Below are positions 20,060-29,005 of a stretch of 64,000 nt of DNA, piece after piece (position 1 is the first letter of the stretch; each line of letters starts with the position of its first letter). The notes below the pieces were generated by a model. It did no database searches. It worked only from the letters and a program-made list of their open reading frames with translations, and was not told where the DNA came from. A program made the translations under genes and the position numbers. This DNA is from Oscillospiraceae bacterium (GTDB taxonomy: Bacteria > Bacillota > Clostridia > Oscillospirales > CAG-272), in assembly GCA_015063305.1 (NCBI GenBank), contig SVUJ01000003.1, forward strand, positions 883 through 64,882, given 5' to 3'.

Positions 20060-21946
20060 ATGTTGATGAAATTACAAACGGGGAGCATACCGCTCCCCGT
20101 AATAACTAAAACCGTCGGCGGCAAGGATGTGTCATCAAGAGGCGCGTTTCCGTCTGGGGAGAGGGTAACGTTTACAGTCAGGGTGTCAAGAAAGCTTGGG
20201 GCATCGGGTGTAGTGCTTCGCATAAACCGTGACGGAGAGAGCGACAGAGATATAGCGCTTGATTTTTCCTTCACCGAGCTTGGTTGGGACGTATACAACT
20301 GTGAAATAGAGACCCAAGAGGGACTTTATTATTACGAGTTTCTCTTCATACGCGGCGGGGATACACTATTTACCGACTCTATCAATAACGTGGATTATCA
20401 GCTTTCCTCCAAATCGGGAGTAAGGTTCAGATTGCTTGTATATCAAAGCGATTTTGAAACACCCGAATGGATGCGCGGCGCTACAATGTATCACATATTC
20501 GTTGACCGTTTTTGTCGCGGCAAGGGTAAGGTTTCCAAGCCAAGGGACGCCATACTTGATGAGGACTGGGAAAACGGCATACCGCAATATCCAGAAAAGA
20601 ACGGCGACAGATATTCCAACAACGTTTTCTTTGGCGGAAATCTCTGGGGAGTGATAGAGAAGCTTGATCATCTGTGCTCACTCGGAGTTACGGTGATATA
20701 TCTCAGCCCTATATTCAAGGCGTACTCCAATCATAAGTATGACACAGGAGATTACCTTGAGATAGACGCTATGTTTGGCGGAGAAAAAGCCTTTCTGAAG
20801 CTTATCTCCGAGGCAAAGAAGCGCGGTATAAGGATAATTCTCGACGGTGTTTTTAATCATACGGGTGACGATAGCCGTTATTTCGATAAATACGGAAAAT
20901 ACGGAAAAACGGGGGCGTACACTAATCCCGACTCTCCCTATATTGATTGGTATAAATTCAAGAAATATCCCGAGGAATATAAGTCCTGGTGGGGAATTGA
21001 CATACTTCCTCAGCTCAATCACGAAAATAAGACGTGCAGAGATTTCTTCGTGGGAGAGGGCGGCGTTATAAGTAAGTATACCGAGCTTGGTATCGGCGGC
21101 TGGCGGCTTGACGTTGCAGACGAGCTTCCGAATGAATTTCTCGATAGCTTACGTGTGGTTGCCAAAGAAAAAAATCCCGAAGCTCTTATAATAGGAGAGG
21201 TCTGGGAGAATGCTGCGGATAAGATATCTTATGGTCTGCGCCGCAGATATTTTGGCGGCAAACAGCTTGACAGCGTTATGAACTATCCGCTTAAGAGTGC
21301 GATAGTGGATTTTATAAAGTATCGTGATGCTTCGATATTGGCGGACACTCTTGTTGAGCTTTATTCCTCGTATCCGCCTTGTGTTTGCGATTGCCTTATG
21401 AATATACTCGGAACGCACGACACGGAGAGAATACTAACTGTTCTCGGTGTGATAGAGGATAGCTCTCTTAGCGCCGACGGAGCAGAGAACTCCGAGCTTG
21501 CGGTGCGCCGAATGAATAAGAAGCAACGCGCGGCGGCTATCAAGCTCTTGAAGATGGCGGCTGTGATACAGTATACCGTGTTTGGCGTACCCTCGATATA
21601 CTATGGCGACGAGACGGGAATGGAGGGATATCACGATCCGTTCTGCCGTATGCCGTATCCTTGGGGACGTGAGGACGCTGAGCTTGTTGAGTTTTACCGT
21701 ACGCTTGGTCGCATAAGACAAGAAGAGGCGGTACTCAAGGGCGGTGAATTCAAGCTTTTGCGCGCGGAGGACGGCTGTATAGTCTATGCGCGTGAAAAAG
21801 AGGATAACTCACTTATAATTGCGATAAACCGCTCGGATGATAGCGTTCTTGTTTGTGAGGACGGAAGATATACCGACCTGTTGACGGGCAAGAGATTTGG
21901 CGGAGTGATTAGCAAGAACCGCGCAGTTATATTGAAGAAGAAATAG
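20060..21946 (+). CDS. GH13 alpha-glucosidase / neopullulanase-like enzyme, cytoplasmic
   Basis: GH13 regions I-IV: DGVFNHTG, GWRLDVADE, IGEVWE and GTHDTER. It has an N-terminal Ig-like domain and no signal peptide. Confidence 0.85.
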   Translation: MLMKLQTGSIPLPVITKTVGGKDVSSRGAFPSGERVTFTVRVSRKLGASGVVLRINRDGESDRDIALDFSFTELGWDVYNCEIETQEGLYYYEFLFIRGGDTLFTDSINNVDYQLSSKSGVRFRLLVYQSDFETPEWMRGATMYHIFVDRFCRGKGKVSKPRDAILDEDWENGIPQYPEKNGDRYSNNVFFGGNLWGVIEKLDHLCSLGVTVIYLSPIFKAYSNHKYDTGDYLEIDAMFGGEKAFLKLISEAKKRGIRIILDGVFNHTGDDSRYFDKYGKYGKTGAYTNPDSPYIDWYKFKKYPEEYKSWWGIDILPQLNHENKTCRDFFVGEGGVISKYTELGIGGWRLDVADELPNEFLDSLRVVAKEKNPEALIIGEVWENAADKISYGLRRRYFGGKQLDSVMNYPLKSAIVDFIKYRDASILADTLVELYSSYPPCVCDCLMNILGTHDTERILTVLGVIEDSSLSADGAENSELAVRRMNKKQRAAAIKLLKMAAVIQYTVFGVPSIYYGDETGMEGYHDPFCRMPYPWGREDAELVEFYRTLGRIRQEEAVLKGGEFKLLRAEDGCIVYAREKEDNSLIIAINRSDDSVLVCEDGRYTDLLTGKRFGGVISKNRAVILKKK

Positions 21947-21951
21947 ATTAC

Positions 21952-21986
21952 AAAGGGGAAACCTTTTAAGGAAAGGTTTCCCCTTT
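21952..21986 (+). terminator. terminator of the glycogen operon
   Basis: Perfect 15-bp stem: AAAGGGGAAACCTTT with AAAGGTTTCCCCTTT. Confidence 0.75.
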
Positions 21987-22021
21987 AAATCCCCATCCAA
22001 ACCTTTTTAAAATAAAAATTC

Positions 22022-22057
22022 ACCGCCGAGAGCAACCAAACGGTTACTCTCGGCGGT
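22022..22057 (-). terminator. terminator of the sigma-factor gene
   Basis: ACCGCCGAGAG (22022-22032) pairs with CTCTCGGCGGT (22047-22057). On the minus strand it is followed by a U-rich tract. Confidence 0.75.
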
Positions 22058-22064
22058 ATTCGTT

Positions 22065-23702
22065 TTACTTTTCAACACTCATCCAACAACCTTCTGCGCC
22101 AATACCATCCTCGGGCGGTGTTAATACGCCTTTTTCAATAAGACATTCAACAACTGCATCAAGAACGGGGGAATTAGCGAGAATATTCGCAAATCTCCAC
22201 TCCCCATACAAATAATCGGGAATAGATTTTTTGATAAGCGCAGCAATTTCTTCTGCAACTATCTCTGCATCAGTATCAAAATATCCGTCTCTCAAACCGT
22301 TACTGATCTTAAAAAGATCCTTCTCCAAAAGATAGTTATCAGTCAGTGCATTAACAAGAATCTTGGTGTACAGCATATCTCCGTCACGGTACAAATATCC
22401 AGACTCAATAGCTTTAGCCACGTGTTCCTTTTCTTTTTCGGAAAGCATTGTGATATTGAGACCTTCGATAGCGCGGAGTGCAAGTTGAATCTGCGGATCG
22501 CGCGAAATATTATGACCGCAGCGGAAATGAGCCTTGATGCGTGTAATGTAAATATTCCTAATGTGTACCTTTGAAAATCCGCAAATGTTTTCCGCGTACT
22601 CTCCATCACAACCGCCGCCATAATACTTGCCGTTATCAACGTATCCAAAGGAAGTGTACGGACGCTCCACCTCAGCAACATCAGAAAAATGCTTTTCTTT
22701 CAAAATACGTTTAACGTTTTCGGAAAACGCCCTTGAAATCTCGGAAATTTGCTGCCACAAAATAAGATTTATATCCACCTTTTTATTTAGATACGGATAT
22801 GCAAGGTATTCTGCTTTATGCTCCTCAATGTAGCCGGATATCGTATCACAAATCTTCGGCAATCTCTTCATATAAATCTCATTTGCTTTTTCAAACACGT
22901 CTTTGTCAAGCAAAACAATATTCATTGCATATTTGCCGTTATCCAAACGGCGAAGCAAACCATATTCGCCATTTTCGCCTTTGCGAAGAATCTCAAGCTC
23001 TTCTTCAATGTAAAGTGTGGGAACATTCAGTTTTTCCGCAATTTCAGATGCGCTCATCGGCTTTTTGTGGCAAAGCCATAGGATATGCTTGGAAAGAGTT
23101 CTATCACATATGTTGCTTGGATCTCCCCAAGCGGGCGCGCCTGTTCCCCAAAACACGAAATTTATTTTATCAAGCGCTACGGGCTTATTATAAGTTTCTC
23201 CCATTTCTTCTACCTCACTTTTGATCTTTTGTCTTGCTGAAAAGAGCCTTTGACGAACAGCACCTTCACTCGTTCCTTGTTTCTTTGCTATCTGAGCAGT
23301 AGAAAGACCGTCTATGTAGAACATTATCATTACTTCACGATATGCCTTTGTTAAAAAAGCAATTCTTCGGTATACAGAAGTTAATAACTCGGCGGTATTA
23401 TCGGAGTTATCTTCTTCTGCAGTATTGAGCAAAATTTCTTCCGAATCACCTTCATAGATATTTTCCGCGCGTTTTCTTCGATTATTTGAAAAATCGGCAT
23501 AAACATTACGAGCCACTCTCCAAATAAACGGATATACGCTTTCGATCTCTCCATCACTATTGGCAGCTTTAACGAGGGAATAGATTATATCCGAGCATAG
23601 TTTCTCTGCCTCGTAGCTGTCGTTTGTTCTTGCATAACAAAAGCCAAATAGCTTATCAAGCAAGTAGTCGTCAAAATATTTTAGCAAGTCTTGTTTTTTC
23701 AT
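22065..23702 (-). CDS. sigma-70 family (ECF-like) RNA polymerase sigma factor with a ~370-aa C-terminal extension
   Basis: Region 2-like segment VYPFIWRVARNVYADF. Region 4 HTH YREVMIMFYIDGLSTAQIAKKQGTSEGAVRQRLFSARQKI. The extension has no TM segment and contains a second wHTH-like segment (PMSASEIAEKLNVPTLYIEEELEIL). ATG at 23702 follows a GGAGA RBS; the track ORF starts at a GTG at 23735. Confidence 0.8.
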   Translation of the reverse strand: MKKQDLLKYFDDYLLDKLFGFCYARTNDSYEAEKLCSDIIYSLVKAANSDGEIESVYPFIWRVARNVYADFSNNRRKRAENIYEGDSEEILLNTAEEDNSDNTAELLTSVYRRIAFLTKAYREVMIMFYIDGLSTAQIAKKQGTSEGAVRQRLFSARQKIKSEVEEMGETYNKPVALDKINFVFWGTGAPAWGDPSNICDRTLSKHILWLCHKKPMSASEIAEKLNVPTLYIEEELEILRKGENGEYGLLRRLDNGKYAMNIVLLDKDVFEKANEIYMKRLPKICDTISGYIEEHKAEYLAYPYLNKKVDINLILWQQISEISRAFSENVKRILKEKHFSDVAEVERPYTSFGYVDNGKYYGGGCDGEYAENICGFSKVHIRNIYITRIKAHFRCGHNISRDPQIQLALRAIEGLNITMLSEKEKEHVAKAIESGYLYRDGDMLYTKILVNALTDNYLLEKDLFKISNGLRDGYFDTDAEIVAEEIAALIKKSIPDYLYGEWRFANILANSPVLDAVVECLIEKGVLTPPEDGIGAEGCWMSVEK

Positions 23703-23781
23703 CTGTTTCTCCAAGCGATTGATCAATGCTTTCACTTATATAGTCCGCGCATTTATGGAAATGTTAGGTGGGATCTAAAAT

Positions 23782-23810
23782 ATTGTATCATATATTTTTG
23801 AATTAGTCTA
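23782..23810 (-). promoter_or_regulatory. candidate promoter of the sigma-factor gene
   Basis: On the minus strand: TAGACT, 17 nt, TACAAT, with an extended-10 TG. Confidence 0.35.
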
Positions 23811-23853
23811 TAATGAAAGCATTTGTGCCTACAAATGCAGTGCTTGTAAAGAA

Positions 23854-23892
23854 AAAAGGACAAAGATTGCATTTTGCTTTCTCTGTCCTTTT
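23854..23892 (-). terminator. terminator of the folT-folC-unknown operon
   Basis: AAAAGGACA (23854-23862) pairs with TGTCCTTTT (23884-23892). On the minus strand it is followed by a U-run. Confidence 0.65.
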
Positions 23893-23974
23893 CTATCAGT
23901 AGGTAACGTGTTTTGTTGAACTTCAGAAACTGTCCTTTAGAACACAACGCTTATGTAGGTGGGATTGTTTTTTA

Positions 23975-24310
23975 TTACTTTCTGTAATACACGTAAAACG
24001 CGATTATGGTACGTTCTTTTCCGCCGTGTTCGAGGTCGGGGCCCGTGAGCACCACACCGTCCTTTGAAAGAAGCTCGCTTGCGCGAAGCTCGTCAACGGG
24101 ACATCTGAAGATAACGTCTGCCGAGGCATATACGATAAACTCGTCGTTGCGGATATTAAGTCCGCCGTTGCGGCCGATGACCGTTTCAACGTCGTCGATG
24201 CGCTCGGTAACGTATTTTATGTGTTGACCGCAGATCATCTGCGCCATGTCGCGGCGGTATTTTTTGCTGTCGGGATTTTTGCTTTTAGTCATTTTTTTAA
24301 ATAGTCCCAT
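23975..24310 (-). CDS. hypothetical 111-aa protein, last gene of the folate operon
   Basis: The ATG lies 1 nt after the folC stop, with a GGAGA RBS inside the folC 3' end. No TM segment. I recognise no family motif with confidence. Confidence 0.65.
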   Translation of the reverse strand: MGLFKKMTKSKNPDSKKYRRDMAQMICGQHIKYVTERIDDVETVIGRNGGLNIRNDEFIVYASADVIFRCPVDELRASELLSKDGVVLTGPDLEHGGKERTIIAFYVYYRK

Positions 24311-24311
24311 T

Positions 24312-25601
24312 TTATATCTCCGATTTGTGTTCTATAGTTTCGAAAGCTTCCATCAACTCGGAATACATATACAGAGAGCCCATACAGAAGAGCGGAACGC
24401 CGTCCTTTTTGGCATCATCTAAAGCATTTTTTAAAGCTGTGGCGAGAGAAGTAAAGGGAAGCGCGGATATGCGGTGCTTGGAAAGCACATCAGCGTATTC
24501 CTTTGCGTCAAGCGCACGAGGATTGTTAGGTGTCACCGTATATGCGCGTGATGCTATCTCGGAAAGGTCGGAGGCGATGCTCTCATAATCCTTATCCTTC
24601 ATAACACCGCTGAGAATATATACCGTGTTTCCCGGGAAATATTGTTTGATGCTTTCTACAGCCGCGTGTATACCCTCGGGATTGTGAGCGCCGTCATATA
24701 TCACCGTCGGCTCTTTTGAGATAAGCTCAAATCTTGCGTGCCATTCGGCAGATGCCAAGCCCTCATATAGAGAGCTATCGGATATTTCAAGCCCTCTCGA
24801 ATTAAGTATATCCACAGCGGTTATGACGTTTGCCGCATTCAGGGGTTGATAAAGCCCGAGAAGGGATATATGGATATCCTTTCTATCGAAAAAATCAAAG
24901 GTCGTTCCGTCAAGCGATGCTCTGAGATTTGAGATAGCCGCGCGGTCGGTCATATAGAATTCTGAGTTTTTCTCACGTGCCGCTTCGCGGATAACGGCCT
25001 CGGCAACAGAGTCGTTTGCGCCAAAGAGAACGGGAGAACCGCTTTTTATTATTCCTGCTTTTTCGTAGGCTATCTTCTCAACGGTGTCACCTAAAAATGC
25101 GGTGTGGTCAAGCGCGATGCCTGTTATTACCGACAAAAGGGAAGTGTCTATTATGTTGGTGGAATCAAGTCTGCCGCCCATACCTGCCTCAAGAATGACA
25201 ACGTCACAGCCAGAGCGCTTGAAGTGCTCAAAGCCGATAGCGGTGATAAGCTCAAACTCGGTGGGCTTTTCATCCATAGCATCGGCAAAGGGGCGAACGT
25301 AAGAGGTAACGTCTGCAAGGTCCTCGTCGGATATAGGAGCGCCGTCCACACAGATGCGCTCGTTAAAGCTTCTTATATAAGGTGAGGTGAACATAGCGGT
25401 CTTATATCCCGCGTGTCTGAGAATAGCCTCAAGCATAGCGCAAAAAGAGCCCTTGCCGTTAGTACCCGCAACGTGTATAAATCTAAGTTCTTTTTGAGGA
25501 TCGCCAAGCGCCCGACAAAGGTGGGATATACGGTCGAGCCCGGGCTTACAAAAGCACCAGCTTATAGAATGGATATATTCAATAGATTCGGTGTAGTTCA
25601 T
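24312..25601 (-). CDS. folC: bifunctional folylpolyglutamate synthase / dihydrofolate synthase
   Basis: Mur-ligase P-loop HVAGTNGKGS and a 429-aa FolC architecture. Confidence 0.9.
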   Translation of the reverse strand: MNYTESIEYIHSISWCFCKPGLDRISHLCRALGDPQKELRFIHVAGTNGKGSFCAMLEAILRHAGYKTAMFTSPYIRSFNERICVDGAPISDEDLADVTSYVRPFADAMDEKPTEFELITAIGFEHFKRSGCDVVILEAGMGGRLDSTNIIDTSLLSVITGIALDHTAFLGDTVEKIAYEKAGIIKSGSPVLFGANDSVAEAVIREAAREKNSEFYMTDRAAISNLRASLDGTTFDFFDRKDIHISLLGLYQPLNAANVITAVDILNSRGLEISDSSLYEGLASAEWHARFELISKEPTVIYDGAHNPEGIHAAVESIKQYFPGNTVYILSGVMKDKDYESIASDLSEIASRAYTVTPNNPRALDAKEYADVLSKHRISALPFTSLATALKNALDDAKKDGVPLFCMGSLYMYSELMEAFETIEHKSEI

Positions 25602-26143
25602 TTTTCTTCCTTCCTATAACCAACGAAACGCGCAAAGCTCTGCCTTCTCAGCAAAAGACATATAACTATTATTTCAAGAGGCGCGATTACAAGATATATC
25701 GGTATGCGCCAAAGCACCAATGCACCGTAAAACTGGTAAAGACCGATAGGCTTTATTATCATTGAGGAGATTATATGCGCCGCAGCTCCCGAAACTATTA
25801 TCTGGGCTGTGCCTTTTTTTCTTATTACAAAGTGGGATATAACTCCCGATATGACACCCACCATAGTAGCGCCTATGGTTACTATAAGATTAGGCGGATA
25901 TACCTGACCTGAAAAGAGGTAACTTACAAAGTCGGAAATAAGACCCACAACACCGCCCGCGATAGGGCCGAAAAGAATACCCGTGAGAATTATGGGCAGA
26001 TTTTCAAAGGTTATGCGAAAAAGTCCCATACCGAAATTGAGAAAGGTCTTGCAGAATATGGCTATCACCACGCTCAGCGCCGCCATCATTGCCGATGTGG
26101 TCAGTAAGATCATTCTGTTTTTTTGTTTAGAATCTATAGACAT
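25598..26143 (-). CDS. folT: ECF transporter S component, folate family
   Basis: 181 aa with about 6 TM helices. It overlaps folC by 4 nt and lies directly behind a THF riboswitch. Confidence 0.8.
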   Translation of the reverse strand: MSIDSKQKNRMILLTTSAMMAALSVVIAIFCKTFLNFGMGLFRITFENLPIILTGILFGPIAGGVVGLISDFVSYLFSGQVYPPNLIVTIGATMVGVISGVISHFVIRKKGTAQIIVSGAAAHIISSMIIKPIGLYQFYGALVLWRIPIYLVIAPLEIIVICLLLRRQSFARFVGYRKEEK

Positions 26144-26149
26144 AAAAAT

Positions 26150-26316
26150 ACCCCCTTTTTCCTCAACTCATAGGCCTAAGGAGAAAAAGGAGTAGATCCG
26201 ACCTTTAGCCGTATGAAGCGGGATGCAAAACACAGACCGCAAGTGGAGCGTCCACTCTTCGTCTTGGCGGCAACTCCCCGTCCGTCAAGCACTTCACGCC
26301 TGTATTCTTACTCTTC
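26150..26316 (-). promoter_or_regulatory. THF (tetrahydrofolate) riboswitch: aptamer 26215-26316 plus an SD-occluding or terminator hairpin at 26150-26193
   Basis: The minus-strand RNA is GAAGAGUAAGAAUACAGGCGUGAAGUG...GGGGAGUUGCC...ACGAAGAGUGGACGCUCCACUUGCGGUCUGUGUUUUGCAUCCCGCUUC. It matches my memory of the crystallised E. siraeum THF aptamer block by block (AGAGUA, GCGUnAAGUG, ACGAAG, GCGGU, UGCAUCC-GCUyC). P1 is GAAGAG/CGCUUC, P2 is GAAUACAG/CUGUGUUU, and P4 is AGUGGA/UCCACU. Downstream, CUCCUUUUUCU pairs with GGAAAAAGGGG, which contains the SD, and is followed by UAUUUUUAUG. Confidence 0.85.
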
Positions 26317-26346
26317 TACGATATTGTATATTTTCAATACAAGTAT

Positions 26347-26374
26347 AGTATATCACAAAAATTCGACTTGTCAA
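26347..26374 (-). promoter_or_regulatory. sigma-70-type promoter of the riboswitch-folT operon
   Basis: On the minus strand: TTGACA (26374-26369), 16 nt, TATACT (26352-26347). Confidence 0.6.
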
Positions 26375-26394
26375 CAAAAAGTTTATGATAAACA

Positions 26395-26433
26395 AAAGGC
26401 GTATCACCGAAGCATAAGTGTGAATACGCCTTT
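26395..26433 (-). terminator. terminator of clpC
   Basis: AAAGGCGTAT (26395-26404) pairs with ATACGCCTTT (26424-26433). On the minus strand it is followed by UUUUGUUU. Confidence 0.7.
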
Positions 26434-26446
26434 ATTTGATATTTCC

Positions 26447-28918
26447 TTAGTAGCAGAGAGGATATGGAGCAATCGTCTTTCCGTCCTTTGCGAAAATTAT
26501 CTCCTTATCCTTGGAGAATACAAATATACTGTCGCCGTGGGATATCTTACCCTCTATTATAAGCGAGGATATCGTATCCTCAATGCGGTGAACTATCTCT
26601 CGCCGCACCGAGCGCGCGCCGAATTTTTCTTCGTATACATCAGCGGCAAGGTGATGGGGAATAGAGGAGTCAAATTCAATGTTTATGCCAATGGCAGAGG
26701 CGCGCGATGAAAGCTCGGTGAGCATTTTCTCGGATATTTTCTCAATGTCCGATACAGAAAGAGAATTAAAAACTATTATTTCGTCGATACGATTGAGAAA
26801 TTCGGGGCGGAAAGTATTTTTGAGTTCGCTTTTTACAGCATCGTTATAGCTTTGCTGCAAGCTTTTTTGATCGGGCGACGAAAAACCGAGCGAGGTGCGG
26901 GTGGCGAGGTCAGCTCCCGTGTTTGAGGTCATGATTATGATGGTATTTTTGAAGTCAACGCGCCGTCCCGCCGAATCTGTTAGCACACCGTCCTCAAGTA
27001 CTGAGAGGAGAAGATTGAATACGTCGGGGTGAGCTTTTTCTATCTCGTCAAGAAGTATCAGGGAATAGGGGCGGCGGCGCACCTTTTCTGTGAGAAGTCC
27101 GCCCTCTCCGTATCCCACGTATCCGGGGGGTGAACCTATGAGCTTTGATATGCTGTGCTTTTCCATATACTCGGACATATCAAGACGTATCATAGCGTCG
27201 GCACTTCCGAACATAAGGGTGGCAAGCGCTTTTGATAGCTCGGTCTTACCAACTCCCGTTCTGCCGAGGAAGATGAAAGAGCCGATCGGACGCCTCGGGT
27301 CTTTGAGCCCAAGTCTTCCTCGCCGTATTGCTCTGCATACGGCATCTATCGCGTACTCCTGACCGATCACCGAAGCCGATAAATTATCCTTGAGAGCTAT
27401 CAGCTTATCTTCCTCTTCCTCCAACAGGCGTGACACGGGGATACCCGTCCAGGACGTTACTATCTCAGCAACATCCTCGGCGCTAACACAGAGCTCAGGC
27501 TCATATAGAGCCGTTTTGTTGCTATCCTCAGCACCCTCAAGCTTCCGTGATAGGCAGAGCTCACGTTCTCTTAGCTTTTGAGCCAGCTCAAAATCCTGCT
27601 CGGCTACAGCCCTCTCCTTTTGCTCAAGTATATCATTAAGCTCCCGCTCTTCTTCCTTTATACCGTCGGTAGTGCTTAGCGCTGATATCCTCAGCATTGC
27701 CGCGGCTTCATCGATAAGGTCTATTGCCTTGTCGGGCAGAAAACGGTCGTGAATATAGCGAACCGAGAGCTTTATTGCGGCATCGATGGCCTCGTCGGAT
27801 ATTCTGAGGGAATGATGTTCCTCATATTTATCGCGCAAGCCTAACAGTATTTCTTTTGCCTCTGCCTCGGTAGGCTCATTTACGCTGACACTTTGAAATC
27901 TTCTCTCAAGAGCGGCGTCCTTTTCTATGTGGGTTCGGTATTCCGAAAGGGTAGTAGCGCCTATCATTTGCAGCTCGCCGCGAGCGAGAGCGGGTTTTAT
28001 TATATTTGCGGCGTCAAGCGCTCCCTCGGCAGCGCCCGCGCCCACTATAGTATGAAATTCGTCCACGAACAAAATGATGTCGTTTGCCTTCATCACCTCA
28101 TCCATGATCGCCTTCATTCGTTCTTCAAATTCCCCTCGGTATTTCGCCCCCGCTATCATAGCGGGGATATCAAGTGAAACTATCCGTTTGCCCTTTAGGT
28201 TTTCGGGAACGTTCCCCTCGTTTATACGGAGCGCAAGCCCCTCAATGACCGCGGTCTTTCCAACACCCGGCTCGCCAACAAGACAGGGATTGTTTTTTGT
28301 TCTTCTCGATAATATTCTTATGAGGTGTTCGGTTTCGGTCTTCCTTCCTATGATCGGGTCTATTTTGTTGTCTGCCGCTGCGGCGTTCAGGTCTTTTCCG
28401 TAAAGCGAAAGGGTGGGAGCGCCCTTTATCTGAGGACGGCTATCCTTTTTCTCTTCGCCCTTGCGCCCCTTTTGCTTATCACCGAGTGTTCCCGTGTAAG
28501 CAGAGAGGTCTGCTCTCAGCTCACGCAGAGATATCCCACAGCTCTCAAGCAGCTTTATGGCTACACAGTCCCGACAGGAAAGGAGAGCGCAGAGAAGGGC
28601 TTCGGTTCCGATGGAAAGGGCAGAAGACTCTTTTGATTCGGGAGTTGCGGTCTCTATTATTTTTCTGAGAGCCGCCGACATATCAGTGCTGCACAGACAA
28701 GAAGTTGAGCCAACTCCGCATACGTCTTCGAGCTTTTTTCTGAGTATGGTATACTCCGCTCCGCGGGAGGATAGTATGTTATATGATATAGAGTCTTTCT
28801 CCGAGGATAGGGCGAGCAAAAGGTGCTCTGAACCTATATAGGTGTGCCCCATCTCTTCTGCCACAGTAAGAGCACGGCACAATACGCTTTGCGCCTTTTG
28901 AGTGAATTTTTTTGCCAT
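26447..28918 (-). CDS. clpC: ATP-dependent Clp protease ATP-binding subunit ClpC
   Basis: Double Clp_N repeat at the N-terminus. Two AAA+ modules with P-loops GEPGVGKT and [11 protein letters not shown]-like middle-domain segment ([17 protein letters not shown]). ATG at 28918 follows a GAAGGTG RBS; the track begins at a GTG at 28927. Confidence 0.9.
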   Translation of the reverse strand: MAKKFTQKAQSVLCRALTVAEEMGHTYIGSEHLLLALSSEKDSISYNILSSRGAEYTILRKKLEDVCGVGSTSCLCSTDMSAALRKIIETATPESKESSALSIGTEALLCALLSCRDCVAIKLLESCGISLRELRADLSAYTGTLGDKQKGRKGEEKKDSRPQIKGAPTLSLYGKDLNAAAADNKIDPIIGRKTETEHLIRILSRRTKNNPCLVGEPGVGKTAVIEGLALRINEGNVPENLKGKRIVSLDIPAMIAGAKYRGEFEERMKAIMDEVMKANDIILFVDEFHTIVGAGAAEGALDAANIIKPALARGELQMIGATTLSEYRTHIEKDAALERRFQSVSVNEPTEAEAKEILLGLRDKYEEHHSLRISDEAIDAAIKLSVRYIHDRFLPDKAIDLIDEAAAMLRISALSTTDGIKEEERELNDILEQKERAVAEQDFELAQKLRERELCLSRKLEGAEDSNKTALYEPELCVSAEDVAEIVTSWTGIPVSRLLEEEEDKLIALKDNLSASVIGQEYAIDAVCRAIRRGRLGLKDPRRPIGSFIFLGRTGVGKTELSKALATLMFGSADAMIRLDMSEYMEKHSISKLIGSPPGYVGYGEGGLLTEKVRRRPYSLILLDEIEKAHPDVFNLLLSVLEDGVLTDSAGRRVDFKNTIIIMTSNTGADLATRTSLGFSSPDQKSLQQSYNDAVKSELKNTFRPEFLNRIDEIIVFNSLSVSDIEKISEKMLTELSSRASAIGINIEFDSSIPHHLAADVYEEKFGARSVRREIVHRIEDTISSLIIEGKISHGDSIFVFSKDKEIIFAKDGKTIAPYPLCY

Positions 28919-29005
28919 ATTGCACACCTTCTTTACTTTCTTCGTTTTATGATTCTAATGATTATTGACTTGGAGATGATGTATTATTCCGGTTAAATGA
29001 TAATG

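Noticed and set aside
23753-23947. 64-aa minus-strand ORF between the folate operon and the sigma gene.
   Set aside because: It spans the operon terminator hairpin and the sigma promoter, has no RBS, and is AT-rich low-complexity sequence.
26213-26710. 165-aa plus-strand ORF spanning the folT leader and the clpC 3' end. The plus-strand string GGAGTAG...GGGATG also looked briefly like a plus-strand THF aptamer.
   Set aside because: It overlaps the clpC coding sequence and terminator and has no RBS. The full THF-riboswitch architecture (P1, P2, P4 and the conserved junctions) is present only on the minus strand, where it correctly precedes folT.
28919-29005. Possible CtsR operator upstream of clpC (AGTCAATAATCATTAGA).
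   Set aside because: Only the first heptad resembles (A/G)GTCAAA. The second repeat is absent, so I did not call it.
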